The notes under the pieces: generated by a model | Told to the model about the DNA's origin: nothing | The model's input: the letters and a program-made list of their open reading frames with translations, nothing else | Databases searched by the model: none | Origin: Eledone cirrhosa | Lineage: Eukaryota | Length of the DNA stretch: 64,000 nt | Assembly (NCBI GenBank): GCA_964016885.1 | Contig: OZ024746.1 | Location: 35,030,001 to 35,094,000 of the forward strand | Direction of reading: 5' to 3' | Shown here: positions 37,341 through 52,917 of the stretch, in pieces | Layout: every line of letters begins with the position of its first letter | How positions within the stretch are numbered: position 1 is the first letter of the stretch | Made by a program: the position numbers and the translations under genes

Positions 37341-38712
37341 TGTCTTACACAAACAAATATTAGAAACGAACACGTGGGGAAACGAACACGTGCATGTGAA
37401 TATCTATGCATGATTCAGTGAGTGTGTATGTAGATACATATATGTAAGTGAGAGGTATCGAACTGTCAGTATGATGCCCGTTCCAATTTAATTTGTACAG
37501 TTGAATTGATCTGAGTGGAAGTTAACTTGTCTGAAAGTACTATTATCACAATTAATATCAGAAACATCCAATATGCTATATAACAAGTTGTGAAATGTAA
37601 CATTCAGTTCACTTTCATCGACAGAAATCTGAGTGATTATGTGTTTTTAGCATTAAGCTGGGAGACTCTATATAAATAGTATGACTGTCAAAATGTTATG
37701 GATCAAGGGAAGCAATTTAATTTCCACGTTTACGAATAACACATGGACAGCGAAAATTACCATATATGTATTTGTACAACCGAAGCACAGATGTCAGACA
37801 ATTCTGAAGTCAAATACATCTGCAAACACACGCACTCTCACGTATATGATACACAATATATATGCACATTTTGACTTTCATATATATGACCAGCGACGTG
37901 CTGATACTCTGAGATATGATTAAATATAAACAAGTAACTATACAGGAAGTAATGTGCGTTTGTCAATTGTATATCTTCAAAAGTTATGTTGCACACTTCC
38001 TCTTACTATACACGATGGGTGCCTCCTCGTTATCGAGTATGGCCATTGCACGATATACAATTATTAATAATTATTAATTAATTCTATCGTGAAATGCCTG
38101 TGCGTGAAGATATTTTTTAAAGTATTGAAAGACTGTGCACTGAGCCAATCCCACTCTCTGAGCGACAGTAGCTATAACCCGAAAAGAAGAAAATATCAAG
38201 ATCATCGGTAACTACTGAGCCGCAGGTTTTATATCGGAGTTATCCTAGTTCCCTGAGTTGCCTTCTCCTAGAAGAATGCCCTGACAAAGGCTAGGGGTCC
38301 TTCACTCCCAGTGGTTTAACCGCGCGATCGGGTGTCCATCCCGACTATTTCTATGTCCCCGCGCATATACATACACATGCACCCATGTATATACACATAT
38401 ACATATACATACATATGTACATGTGTATATACATATTTACACACATTTGGATGGCCGTTGACTCTTATGGGGTCTTCCGCCCTTTGTCAGGTTTTGTTTT
38501 TGTCCCGCAGGGTGTCCCAAATCACCCTCCTCACCAAGTAAACTCGGTGGGGATGCCGGTTTAGTCGCCGACGACCCGACCATGCGACAGGTTGTACTGG
38601 GTTACATGTTACCAGTAGCAGTCAAGAGTGACCCGACATATATATATATACATCCTTGTGTTAGCCATCAAATGAATATGTGTTTGCGTGGGTGTGTATG
38701 TCGACAAAAGTA

Positions 38713-38780
<68 letters not shown>

Positions 38781-38894
38781 TATATACATATTACATGAAT
38801 GTGTGATTCTGTGCTTGTTCGTATGTAAACTTACATACACTTCGTATGTAAGATTTCCCAAATATGATTTTTTAGTAGTTTCCATCCACCTCCT

Positions 38895-39060
38895 CATTCT
38901 TTTCTTCTTCTTTTTCTACTTGGGGAAGAGTCCGTACGCTACTTGCAGTGAGTTCTGTTGGAAGCAACCGTCTCCACTTGATCCGAAAAATGCCTTGGCA
39001 GTTATGTCCGCGAGATGTAGCCGATACATCACCCATGACTAGGCACGGTGTCTCTCACCC
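38895..39060 (-). mobile_element. Short 3' remnant of the RTE family at 47420-48225
   Basis: Minus strand TTGCTTCCAACAGAACTCACTG..GGACTCTTCCCCA matches TTGCTTCCAACAGAACCCACTG..GGACTTTGCCCCA at about 47952, followed by a GAA-rich tail. Confidence 0.55.
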
Positions 39061-40416
39061 TCTTCGTTTCAACCCACTTTCTCCCGTTGTCTTTATTATA
39101 TTTATAGTCCTATCCTCTACTTTCCTATGCAGCCAAATTCGCCCTTGTTTAACCTTTCCCTTTTATTTTCATTACGTAATTATTTTTTATCTTCCTTTAA
39201 TATTTTCATTATTGTATAAATTCTGTTTCTAAAATGTAGTAAACATTAAATAAAAAGATGTTTCTAAGTAAAAAAAAAAGTGACTGCAAAAGGAAGTGGG
39301 GGAGAATAAAATATTTGGAGGTGGAGGAAACTCATTTAGGCGACACATCCCCCCACACACACATATATATATATCTGTATGTGCGTATGTGTGTGTGAGC
39401 GTGTGTGATTTTGTTTGTGTGTGTGTGTGGATATATATATTTAATTGGCTGAGGCGCAAATATAGCGTTTAACCATAATACAGTTGTATATGTAAACATA
39501 TATAAACATATATAATACGTTTATATATACAATACACATGGTTAGTCTCGTTGCCAAAGAAAAATATTTTGTCACAGTCCATTGTTAATCTCATCAGTAT
39601 TCTACTAATTGTATGTGATCATCACGAGACGGACTGGTTTCTAATTGTTATTTTTAGAGGTTTAGTTTCCAAATCTGGCAACAATGGAAAATATAACAGT
39701 TGAACGTGCTAGTGGATAATTTCGTTAGATTTGGCTACATTAACACAATCGAATATTAAGCAGATTCTTCCAATACTTTCCTACAACATGATCTGATTGA
39801 CGAATATAGGATAAAAATACTTAATGTCAGCGTTGATCGAATACGGCTATGATCAAGGATGTTCCAACCGTCAGTGTTCTCTTTGTTTCTGAATATATAA
39901 CACTACATTATCTAAAGTGTTCCTTCAGTTTTCTTACGATGGTATGATTTAAATGAGATTAAATTGTTATTTCTAGCATATCGTGGTACTACATAGATTC
40001 CCGTTTAATGTCTAAAATTTCTTTTATCTCATTCAATTTTGTTATATCTTTATTTTTGGCGTTGTTTTGTGGAAGGTGCTGCTGGATTTATTTTGGGGTT
40101 TAAGGAAGAAAATGGAACAAAACTACGAGGAACATAACTATTTCAATAGTAACCTTAAGGTGTAAACTTCCAGTAAAGCGTATCGAAATTAGCTGTTCCT
40201 TTTATGAAGGGACTAGACATGAAGTTAGACCTTATATTCCAGCATATAGAAATATACAACTAATCGTTACAAGGATATATAAGATATTGCATGAAATGAG
40301 ACGCGAGTGAGTTCCAAAGAATGTCTTCATCGAAGTAATGTGAAATTAAAAGTGTTCACCTCTAATATCACAGAGAGCATGGTTCTCTCTCTGTCTCTCT
40401 CTCACAGACACACAGG

Positions 40417-40471
<55 letters not shown>

Positions 40472-40616
40472 ATATATATATTCAGAATTTTTCCCGAAAA
40501 GTATTTTGTGATACAAGGGAAGGTATAATGTGTTCTATGCCAGCCGGCTCCTGTATCACAGCCAGCCGACCAGAATGTGGTTTTACACATCTTTAGCCGT
40601 TTAGTCGCATATTATA

Positions 40617-40673
<57 letters not shown>

Positions 40674-43600
40674 TGTGTAGAAGTATAAAGAGGTAGGTAG
40701 AAAGGTAGATATATAGATAGAGCGGTTGGTGGGTAGTTAGATAAATAAAGAGAGACTCGTTTTTAGTTGGCACAATATTACGTTCTAAGATTACAATTTA
40801 TTATTTTCTTTAAATTTAATATCTGTTGGTATGCTATCCGATTAATTACTGAAGGCAAATGAAATATATGAGAAAATAGACTGCTCTAGTGTACGAGAGA
40901 GCAATTATAAATATTCAACGAATAAATTTGATATCAATTGATATATAATAATCTTTATATATCATTCAAAATTGTATATGTATCGAAATATATATTAATA
41001 ATTAGTGGTGGAATATAGGTCATTCTAAACAAAATGCTCTTTTATATTACTTTCTTTTAAGTCTTCAGTACAAATGCCATTGGTGTTTTCATTACCTTTC
41101 ATCTTCCTTTGTCAGATCAAAAAAGTAGCGTTCAAATATTGATGTAAATCGCCTGACATCCCGTTACAAATCTATAAGCCTTGTACATTTTAAATAAAGA
41201 AAAATTCATTATTTCTCCTTAGCTTCTTGTTGGCCATAACATAAGTATACGTTACGTCGCAATATCCTTTTAATAAAAAATATAAACAAAATATGTGTTG
41301 ATCTTATGGCGGTGTTTAAACAGTAGTCCAAAGACAAATATATTACAGTTTTACAACCTGTGCAAAGATTTCTTGTGATATTAATAGTGATGTTTGTTTT
41401 TAGTTAGATGGTTCATGCATATTTTTCATATTGATATGTATGCATGTGAAACGGATGGTAAAGATACACGTCAATGTTTCCATGCTGACACTGCTTGGAG
41501 TGTTGAGTTTGCTCTACATTTTTTGATATGTCTCTTTTGTGTAGTCTTTTGTGAGTTACGAATCCATACCCAATTCGTTTGGTAGCAAGTCATCTGATTA
41601 ATTTATCATTACAACCATCTCTTTATAGTCTCTTAAAAATTTAAATAAAATTCAACGAACAAGCAAACCGGCAAAATACTTCATCAATATTATCTATAAA
41701 CAACACGCAGGAATATTTACAGAAAATGAGAAAAAATAAGCAAATAGAACTTTGCAAGCGTGATAATATTTTGATGGAAGTGCATGGTTAACGATTGAGA
41801 CAAAAGAGAGAAAAAATTAAAAAGTCTATAGAACGTTTACATAAAATTTTCTAATACAAAAAATCCTTTGAAGCTGCGTCCGTCTGTTAATATTAAAAAT
41901 TAAAATTCTACTAAAATTGCAAAAATAAAGCTATGTCTAGATACTTCCGTTATGTCTTTATAAATGTCACTCCATCGTGACAAAAGTTTGACCTTTATAA
42001 CATTTTTCATATCGTGTTGGGGTAAAATATTTGCAAAAGGCAAAGAAAAATAAAGGATGAAGAAAATATTGATGAAATGTGTGTAATGATTATATTTTTT
42101 AAAATGCTATTTTTTGTTATTTATTACTTTTAGAAGCAGCAGTAGTAGGAGTTGTAGTAGTAGTGTTGGTCGCTGTGATGGTGGTATTGGTGGTGGTGTT
42201 AGCAGTAGTAGTAATAGTATTAGTAGCAGCAGCATCATAATAACTTTCATTATCGTAGAGAGCTCCGTATGCCTGAGCTACGTGCTATGACTTTTTTTAA
42301 TCTATTGTTAAGTTTCATATTTGTTTTATTTGCTTTTAACATTTTTTACAGAGAGTTCATTGTTATTATTATTGTTATTATTACATGAATATTGAAATCA
42401 TTATCAGCGTGTTGATCAATACTGCATTCCTATCTGCATCTGTGTATGCATTGGATATGCGCATTTTTTAAAATTTTGTTTCATTTCATTTTGCTTTACT
42501 TTTTATGTATTTCAAGTTAATTTGTGAAGAAAGCATTATGTTTTTATAGTTATCATTATTACTAGTTTGTTAATATTATTCTTAATATAACTATAATTAT
42601 TATTGTGGTCATTATTATGCGATGCGTTTTCTTTTCATGATCATTATAATAGCAATTATTAATAATATAATTATCATCATCGTCATATTTCTTTCTTATT
42701 ATTGTGCGTGTTTCCATTGCATAATTGAGCTCAAACTCTGCGTGCTTTAGGCTCATGCTTTCATTTTCCTTGCTACATATTGGTAATTCTCTTCTTAAAA
42801 TGTGTAGGGTGTCTTGTAGTACACTAGTTTATACTTTGACGTTGCTGTTTTATTATAAAGATTGTTTTCAAAGACCGGTGGGTGGATTTTCAAAACGCAG
42901 TACAATGTAGTAGTAGATGAAATGTAATATTATAGTTTTCTACGCTTTGAATCTGTGTTCATATACAGCACAGTCCACATTGCCATTTTTCAATAAGAAT
43001 AGATGAAATTCCTACCAGTTGTAAATTGAAAACATTTATATCAACTGCACATTTCAAGCAAGAGAATTATGCACTCAGAGGATTATGAGAAATCACGATT
43101 AAGAATTTTATTCCATTTTTTCTTTAATCTTATTCAATCTAAAAGAGGTTGGTGGTTGGTGAGAGAATGGGTAAGACGCTAGACAAAATGAATAGTAATA
43201 AATTAACAAATTTCCTTAAGTTCGGAGTTGAATTCCTTGTGAGATTGATTTTTAGTAATCGTACCCTCTTGTAACATACTATGTTTATGTTATATCCATC
43301 CCGAGTTAGAAATCCTTATTATTAATACATGTTAGTAGATCCTTGCGTAAAACGATATGCTGTATTTAGACATGACCCTTTATAATATTATTTCGCATCA
43401 GACCGCAAGAATAAACATATCCATATTAATATTACGAGTGATTTAACTGTCGCTCACTATAACAAAAACCGTTTGCATATATTTCTATGTCAAAATCATT
43501 CTTATCGTTATTATTAATGTATGATTGGTCAGTAGAAATCAGTCCTATTATTTTTCACATTGGCTATAACAACGGATTCATTTCATCGGTGAATTTTCCA

Positions 43601-43915
43601 TAGAAACACAAATCTCCTGGAATACCGTCCTCGATCGCTCACGTTTAAGCAATAAGTGTTAATCTACAGAAATTCCAAAAGTCCGTGAAGCATTTCAAAA
43701 TCGATGATTACAGACACTTCTGTTCTGAAGTAATATAAAATAAATCTCCAGTGATACCCGAAATTGATCAGCTGAAGAATCGTCTATGATGAAGCTTACG
43801 CAGCTGAAAATACCAGTCAGATCATATTCAAATAATTTAATCTCTAACGAAAAGTGATAGATTTGGATGATCATAAACATAAAAAATACAGAAAAATAAA
43901 CACATGCGTACAATG

Positions 43916-43997
<82 letters not shown>

Positions 43998-44002
<5 letters not shown>

Positions 44003-44186
44003 AACGAGTAGACCCCGACGGCTGAGCTCAAGCCGTTTCGATGGCTAATTCTGGATTGAATAGCCGCCGAAACGGCTTGAGCTCAGCCGTCGGGGTCCTA
44101 CTCGTTCCTATTACCCACTCTACTACTCTAAGTATTAAGTACTTTGGTGCGTTATGGTCCATCTGCTCCTTACCACATTTCCTTCG

Positions 44187-44187
<1 letters not shown>
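43998..44187 (+). mobile_element. Family P fold-back (43998-44111) plus tail, between (TA)n tracts
   Basis: ATAGGAACGAGTAGACCCCGACGGCTGAGCTCAAGCCGTTTCG...CGAAACGGCTTGAGCTCAGCCGTCGGGGTCCTACTCGTTCCTAT; tail homologous to 110-186. Confidence 0.8.
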
Positions 44188-44279
<92 letters not shown>

Positions 44280-44389
44280 TGAGTGTATTTACACTCGTAA
44301 GCAAGTGAACGATCGTATATATATATATTTATATACGTACATGCATGCCTACGTGCACACATACAAATAGAAAATGTAGGAAACAAGTG

Positions 44390-44516
<127 letters not shown>

Positions 44517-45447
44517 ATCTAACTGTGTGTTTGCATGCTAACATATTTTTGTGTGTATTGTTTTGTGATCGAGCTCTTGCGTTATCATATGAGTCATGAC
44601 AGGGATTACCAGCCACTGTCCTCTCTGAATGGTCGATCTTACGCATGCGTACAGGATAATAGAATGACAGCATAATATGGCCGGTGAAGAAGTCAACTGC
44701 TTCTAATGTGTTCCATGATGTTTACGAGAAAGAATATTGACTTATGTTGGCAAATTAAAAGTCAGAGTTGTATTTATGAGGGTCAGTTAGTAACACTTTG
44801 AAGTGACGAATGTTGTAAAGTCGTTTCTGTAAGACAGACGTCACTGAATTTTGACCTATTTCTAATGTTTGATGCTCTGTTTCATGATTACTTATATAAT
44901 ATGTTTCTTTTTTCTCCCTTTATTTGTTAATCTCACAAATATATTTCGGGAGTTCTGTTCTGTGTTATCTGTCATAGGCTTAATGCGTTGAAACCAGAAC
45001 TAAGCACTGTCCATTAAAAGTATTGCCTAGGCTTAGATGTCGGTTTGAATTACTTTACAATATGTACGTGGTTTGACGTTACTTTAAATCTAAATGCTGA
45101 ATGTCATAGGCCAGGTTTTTATAATGGTAATACCACGAAGCTATTGTTGCTATAGTTGTCCTTGTTAGAAAAGACAGCTATTCGAAGCTATATAAAATAA
45201 CATTACCAACATTCAATATATAAATATAATCAGGAGCCATCTTGTTTCAGTAAAAATCATCGTTATTTAGTAGAAGCTTACTTGATTCAGTTATATATAT
45301 TTTTTCTTGGCTTCGATTTGATTTTTAATCATTCGGTCTGGACGATAGGTTGTCTCATCTCATGATGCAGAAACGCCTTTGAAACCGGTGAAAACATCGA
45401 AGTTGATACTTAATTTGAACTATTGCAATGTCAAAGCTGCAGAAACA

Positions 45448-45547
<100 letters not shown>

Positions 45548-45869
45548 AAGATGCATGTATTCTACACTGTCCGTCTAACAAATTACATTCATATCGTAGA
45601 GCTCAACTCAATATACTCTTTTCAAGATGTAACGAACTGGGATAAACAAAATCTTGGCGTGACTGTCATTGAATGCATCTACGTACATACAAACACACAC
45701 GCGCGCGCGTAGATACATGTATATTTAATAAGTCTATGTAAATGAGTGGTATGATTCCTGAATCCTGGATACGTCTCACCGTGAGAAGGTGTTTTTACCG
45801 GATTTTTTAATTTTCTAAGCTATTATTTATACCAACCGTCCGTGTTTACATTTATTTCCTGCATTTGAG

Positions 45870-45940
<71 letters not shown>

Positions 45941-45946
45941 AATATA

Positions 45947-46030
<84 letters not shown>

Positions 46031-46077
46031 GTATGTGTGTGTGTGTATTCGTGAGTGAGTGAATAATAGTAATATTA

Positions 46078-46843
46078 TAATTGTTTCCACTTTTGGCACA
46101 AGGCCAGCAATTACCCCACTGTATTACTGGTACTTTATTTTATCGACCCCGTAAGGATGAAAGGGAAAGTTAACCTCGGCTGGATTTGAACTCAGATCAT
46201 AAAGGGCCATATCTCATTGCTGAAAAACATGGCGTCCGACCCTCTCTCCATACTGCCAATCGGCCGAAATAATTGTAATATTATAATGAACAAAATTATT
46301 AATACCCGGTTTGTTTACAAGAATACTGCCTCATACGTTGTAGATGACGAGGTCAACATGTTGTTCCATCTGGAGCTGAGAGAAAACAATTGATAATTGT
46401 TAATTATTTTGGAGTGTCTTGCTCCTTGTCAAGATTGTGTATTCTCTCGTCTCTGCCACTCTCTCCAACTATAATATTATTATAATTGTTTCTACTTTTG
46501 GCACAAGGCCAGCAATTATCTCACTTTATTACTGGTACTTTATTTTATCGATCCCGACGTGATTTGAACTCCAATCATAAAGGGCCGTAACTCTTTGCTG
46601 CAAGGCATGGCGTCCGACCCACTACCGATACTGCCAATGCACCGCCTTTGATATTATTATAATATTATAGAATTGTCGATATCGGTAGACCATGCTTGGA
46701 CGCATAGAATTACGGCCCTTGCCATTGTGAGTTCAAATCCGGCAAGGTTAACTTTGCCTTTTATCCTTACGGGGTCGATAAAATAGATTGCCAGTAATGC
46801 ACTGGGTAACTGTGGCCTTGTGCCACAATAGAAACAATTATTA
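46078..46843. mobile_element. Three SINEs: 46078-46266 (-), 46483-46646 (-, internally deleted), 46668-46843 (+)
   Basis: Consensus blocks visible; the last two form a head-to-head inverted pair. Confidence 0.85.
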
Positions 46844-46926
46844 TTCACCTCACGAATACACTTAAGTGTGAACCACGCTGAGAGGGAAAATAAATTTTGT
46901 TTTATATATTTATATACTTATATATT

Positions 46927-47056
<130 letters not shown>

Positions 47057-47419
47057 TTCAAGTAAAAATGTGTTTATCCATGTCAGATGGGTTATCACTT
47101 TGGTAAAAACAGGAGTTAGCAGAAAAAAGCTCTCTACATTGGTAATGTGTAGTTACGGCGGTGATTCAGTATATGAATAACGTTACCAAAGATGCTGTGT
47201 TTTCATAAAGTGTTTACTCATTATAATCATTCCGTATGCAGTCAATATGTACTAGTTGCATATGTTGCTGGTAAAGGTGCATGCAGCATATCCCATAATC
47301 CTAAATTTACGTGATGTCATCGCACCCGTACCAGCTACAGATGTAACTCCTGCACCTTGAATGCATAGAAATAATGATAATGAATAAACGCTTTATGTAA
47401 TTACAGCATCTACATGCGA

Positions 47420-48015
47420 ATACAATTCCACTGATTCAGGTGGAGAAGTTCAGATAACTCCGGTTTGTGTTCACGGCTTATGGAAGGCAGGATGCCGAAT
47501 TAAGTGCAATAATTACAAAAGCCTGTGAAATGATGCCCCAGCTTCAGCATCGGATCATCTAAATGTCTAAACGACAAGCTCACTACTTTCAGTTGGTTGT
47601 TCGTGCCAACACTAACCTATGTTCCTGAATCATGGTTCATGATCGAATAAAAAAAATACGTTCTCGAATACATGCAGCCGAAATGGTGTTCCCTCCGACG
47701 GATCTTTGGAATAAAGTTAATAGAATGCAGCGTAACTCAGGCATCAGAGCAGTCATTCCAGGTAGAACCGCTTTATATATCACAGCTCCGATACAATGAG
47801 CATGTGGTTAGAATGTCTCAGTAACGAATTGCTGGGCAGATTTTTAAATGCAAAACAAACTGGCAGGAAACCTATGAGTGTACCGAGAGTTGGACGGTTA
47901 GACGGCATCCATGAGTTCGGCTGGAGATGCAGCCGTATCAATTGGCGACATTTGCTTCCAACAGAACCCACTGGACTATGTGTTTGGGGACTTTGCCCCA
48001 CGAACATCCCAGGTA

Positions 48016-48046
<31 letters not shown>

Positions 48047-48225
48047 AAGAAGAAGAAGAAGAAGAAGAAGAAGAAGAAGAAGAAGAAAAAGAAAAAGAAA
48101 AAGAAAAAGAAAAAGAAGAAGAAGAAGAAGAAGAAGAAGAAGAAGAAGAAGAAGAAGAAGAAGAAGAAGAAGAAGAAGAAGAAGAAGAAGAAGAAGAAGA
48201 AGAAGAAGAAGGAGGAGGAGGAGGA
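47420..48225 (+). mobile_element. Decayed 3' part of an RTE-clade LINE with (GAA)n tail
   Basis: Frames read PTLTYVPESW, RSRIHAAEM, SQLRYNEHVVRM and GRKPMSVPR (RTE post-RT motifs); (GAA)n at 48017-48210. Confidence 0.7.
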
Positions 48226-48486
48226 ACGTCTAATATAGCATTTTTATATAAGCACCTTGGTTACGGACTAACATATGGATGTTTATGTGGTATACAAATC
48301 TTCTGCTGAAAATCCAATTAGTTTCGAAAATTGACTAGAAATATATTTTTTTAACTTCCTTAGAAGTCGTGTATTTGGTATGTGTACACGTCTGTATCTT
48401 AAATTTGTAAATTTATGGACATATTTCCATACCCACGGCCATCTTTACACTGGGGCTAAACAGAGTTATACGCATACACACTTATG

Positions 48487-48527
<41 letters not shown>

Positions 48528-48662
48528 ATAATAATAAACTTGAAGACTAAAATCCAGCGATTCTTTGCTTAATCTTTAATAACCCCCCACTCTCAAGAGC
48601 GTGGAACTAATTAACCTTTGTTCGTACTGTCTCTCTGTTTTGTTCCCGTTCCATTTTTCACT

Positions 48663-48731
<69 letters not shown>

Positions 48732-48787
48732 AAAGAACATTTTCGCTCTACATGGCTCAATACGATAAATGAATAAATGTAATCTGA

Positions 48788-48976
<189 letters not shown>

Positions 48977-48982
48977 TGTATC

Positions 48983-51900
48983 TATGTGTGTGCTTCTGGT
49001 TTTATAATTACACAACGTGTTACCAATAGAGAGACAGTCGGTTTCTAACATAGACACAAGACTCTCTCATTGGAATTTACACAACATCAACTATGTAGGT
49101 ATGTATGTATGCATGCATGTGTAGATATGGATGTTATTGTATGTGTGGATGTGGATGTTTTGAGTTGTATTTGTGCATGTGTATATGCCTTGCATCTGTA
49201 TATGTGTATATGCAGTTATTAGATGCAACATTTTTGGAATGTCTTACATATTTTTACTGTTCCATTAATAGATTGTACTTGTAATTGCCTAACTAGTTGT
49301 GTTCTTTCTGTTCCTGTGAAGCCTAGCTTCTCAAGATTTGTATTGAGGGAGTTACTAACATATCCCAGTGCCCCAATAATCACAGGCATAAATCTGAAGA
49401 TGTAATCCGGGTGGAGTATCTGCAGATTTCTCATCAGTTCTGCATAAATGTTCTCCGTTTCACTAATCTTTGATATTATATTGGCATCTGCTGGGCAGCT
49501 AATTTCCACCACTGTGCATGCTTTCTTCTCCATGTCCCATATCATAATATCTGGTCTGTTATGCGTGAATTTTATTGGGGTTTTTACTGCAACATTCCAC
49601 CAGTACTCTTTCATATTATGTACATGGATGTCTTCCACATTGCTGTAGCTTTTAATGTGTTTATTATCGGGGCTATCTTTTTTACGAACCTCATTGTAAA
49701 GTGTTTTGGCCAATACATCATGCCTCATAGGTAGATAGTACCGCGATGACATCTTTGGACAGCTGCTAATGACATGGGTGATATCCTCGATGTTAGTTCT
49801 GCAGAGTCTGCACTTGTTATCACATCTATGTGTTTTGCCTGCATCCCTATCTCTTTTTTGAATCAGGTATTTCGTGCTAATCGCCTGTTCCTGGATTGCA
49901 AAAGCGTATCCTTCAAAGTGGGAGCCAATATAGCGGTTGTTGGTCCAAGATAGACTACATTCCTTATCTATATTACTCTCACTCTGGAGCTTCCTGGCAA
50001 CATATCCATGCATGATTTTTTGCTGATAAGCATGCAGTTTTTCATCCATGGATTCACTGCGATACTGCTGAGCGACATCCCTGGGTGTGAGCTTTTTATT
50101 ATCACACAGGGAATATCTCTGGAGGAGTTCCTTCCCAACTCTCATGATCTTATCTGTTTCATGCAGATAGACTTTCTCGAGAAACGGGCTCCTACGCTTC
50201 GAGATTAGTAGGTGTTGTCGGAGAGATATGATGCGACATTCAAATGCTGTCTGGACTGATGTTAGGCCTCTGTCTCCCTGCTTACGTTTCAAGTAAAGGC
50301 GGTCTATGTCACTGTTGATCCGGTGTTGTTCAGCATTTTTCGAGTTCCAACATCAACTGCTCGGATTTCGTCTATCGTCCAATTGAGTATTCCAAACGTT
50401 GGTGTTAGGACAGGCACAGCAAACACATTGTGAGTCACAGTTTTGTTTTGCGCAGAGAGTTCCGATGACCAGATCTTTCTTAATCGGGTGTAGTATTCCT
50501 TGGTTACGTGTTTTTATTACAGATACCATTATAGGATATGTTCTCATCTATCGCCAGGTATCTGTAGCAGTCCTCATCAGCTATCGATGAAACAGTTAGG
50601 CCATTGATGACAATGTTGCTAGATTGGGTTGTTGATTTTCCCCGCTTTACAGTCATGTATGAGCATTTATCTTGGCCAAACTCCATTCCTATATACTTTG
50701 AGAACGTTGTATCCAGGTCAAGATTTTTCTTCATCCCATCCATGTTCTTGGCATAGAGTTTCAGATCATCCACAAATAAATTATGGGTTAGGTTCGTATT
50801 TCTGTCCTCCTGTGAGCCAATGATTTATCCCTCACATTTCTTGAGCAGAAAGGACAAGGGGCTTAATGACAATATGTATAATATCAGAGAGAGACTGTCT
50901 CCCTGAAATATACCCCTGCAATATTTTATTTTATCAGTGAAAATAGAGTCCTGCCGCTCTGTCTTTAACCTTATGATAGTAGCCCAAGCTCTGACAATAA
51001 TGTATGGGACCTTAGCAAGTTGGAGGGCCTCTATCATCCAAGAGTGGGGAATAGAATCAAAAGCTTTCCTGTAGTCCAGCCAGACTGTAGTCATATTCCT
51101 CCTAAGTTGTCGCACCTCCGACATCGCAGTTTTGTTGATTAGGAGTTGTTCAGCACATCCCCAAACCCCTTTCTTTCCAGCTGCTTGTTCATCTGTGCTG
51201 ATGTTATTATTTTCACAGTGATCTTGGAGGAATAGGTTCAGGCAGGCTGTATACATCTTATACATCAGGTACAGGCATACAATGGGTCGGTAGTTCTTTG
51301 CCAAGTGGGTGTTTTTTTTCTTGGGGACCAGTAATGTTTGTGCTAATGTCAACCATTCTGGTATACGTGTAGCTCCCTTAAGAACTTGTTGGTAGAGGTC
51401 AGTAAGATACCTCCGATAGAATATCAGTTTTTTGTACCAGTAGCCGACAATCATGTCTCTTCCTGGTGTTTTCTTATCTTGGAGTTTTCCTATCACAGTC
51501 TCAAGGGTACCCGCACTTCTTTCGTATGTTTTGTTGTAGTGTAGGAGCAATAGTTCTTTCGGATTTCTCTTAGCCACACTGCATCTTGGTTGAAATTCTT
51601 CATTTCACCCCATATTTTGCTGCAAAAGGAATCTATGTCTTTCTGAGATGGGGCCTCAGTGACACTTATTATTTTGCCCTTCATATCTCTATAGACTGAT
51701 GTTTGGTTTCGTCTGATTCTTTTATTAAGCACTTTTCTCTCATCTACCTTCTTCGGGTATCGGCGTTTTTCGCTAACAGCTCTCAATTCTTGTTTGAGGG
51801 TAATCAGCTTATATTGGAGAGTTCTGGTTCTACTGTTGCCAAACATAGTCTCTATTTTATTTTTCACTCTTTGTTGGTGAAGAGTGAGGTTTTTTTGTGT

Positions 51901-52235
51901 TTGTTTTCATGTAAGGACATTGTCACATATCCTATGTTTTTTCGTAGGTCAGCAATCTTTTTTTCTATTTTAGTTATATATGATGGTATTTTTGGTGGTG
52001 TTTTGTACTTGTTAATATCTTTGCTATCACCAAGATAATGCTTCACTGTCATTGTTAAGGCAAATATACAGGCGTTGATTTGCCAAAATGTTGGGTTTTT
52101 TATCCGTCGTAAATATTCATTACATATTTCGTCAATAACACGTAATATTTCATTATTTGGTTTTTTATTCAACATTGTCGTTTTAACACGTTCAGCAAGA
52201 GAGATATTTATACATGAGTTAATTTCTCTCTGGAA
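48983..52235 (-). mobile_element. About 3.2-kb R4/Dong-like non-LTR retrotransposon (RT, CCHC, RLE), frameshifted
   Basis: KTPGRD, NYRPIVCL, WLDYRKAFDSIPHSW, GIFQGDSLS and DDLKLYAK (RT); CRLCRTNIEDITHVISSC; RHD; NRPDIMIWD..VVEISCP. (TATG)n on both flanks. Confidence 0.9.
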
Positions 52236-52242
52236 ATGTATG

Positions 52243-52276
<34 letters not shown>

Positions 52277-52917
52277 TGTATGTATGTATGTATGTATGTA
52301 TGTATGCATGTATATATGTGTGTGTATGCCTACATAAGAGTGCCCGTGGTGTTTGTTAGCGTTTATTTGTGTCACTCACAGGAAAGGATATTTAAAAATT
52401 AATGATTTCTAAAACAGTAATGCAAACTCTGTGTATATGTAATGACAATAATTACTTGGTAAATCGGTAAAATTTAACTAAAGTTCATTGGTTATTTAAA
52501 TTAACTTGAGAACTAATATTTATATAAGACAAAAATGAAAACATAATCTGGAATATTTTATCTCTTACTGCAACAAGTTTTAATGAAACTGCAAACATTG
52601 GAGATTTCGTATATACGAAAATAAATATAAATACAAACATAAAACTGATATATGATTATAAAATTCAAAATTCTTTGTGATATATATGTAACAATAGAAA
52701 CAATTTGTAAAGTGAATTCTTTAAAAGTACCAGTGAATGTTTTCGAAATAATAACATATTTCTTATGAAATGTTCATATAAAGAACAGCATATCTCTTGA
52801 AACATGTGTAACAACACCTGTCGGACTAGTATATAATATCTAACATAAATCCAACAACTGATGCCCAAATCCAATAGATAATTTCAAAATATAATGGATA
52901 TTCGCGTTATTATAATA

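Noticed and set aside
45350-45397. CTCATGA...GAAACCGGTG motif, and similar weak motifs near 12545-12607 and 14390-14470 (minus)
   Set aside because: Multiple core changes and poor stems; cannot be separated from chance by eye.
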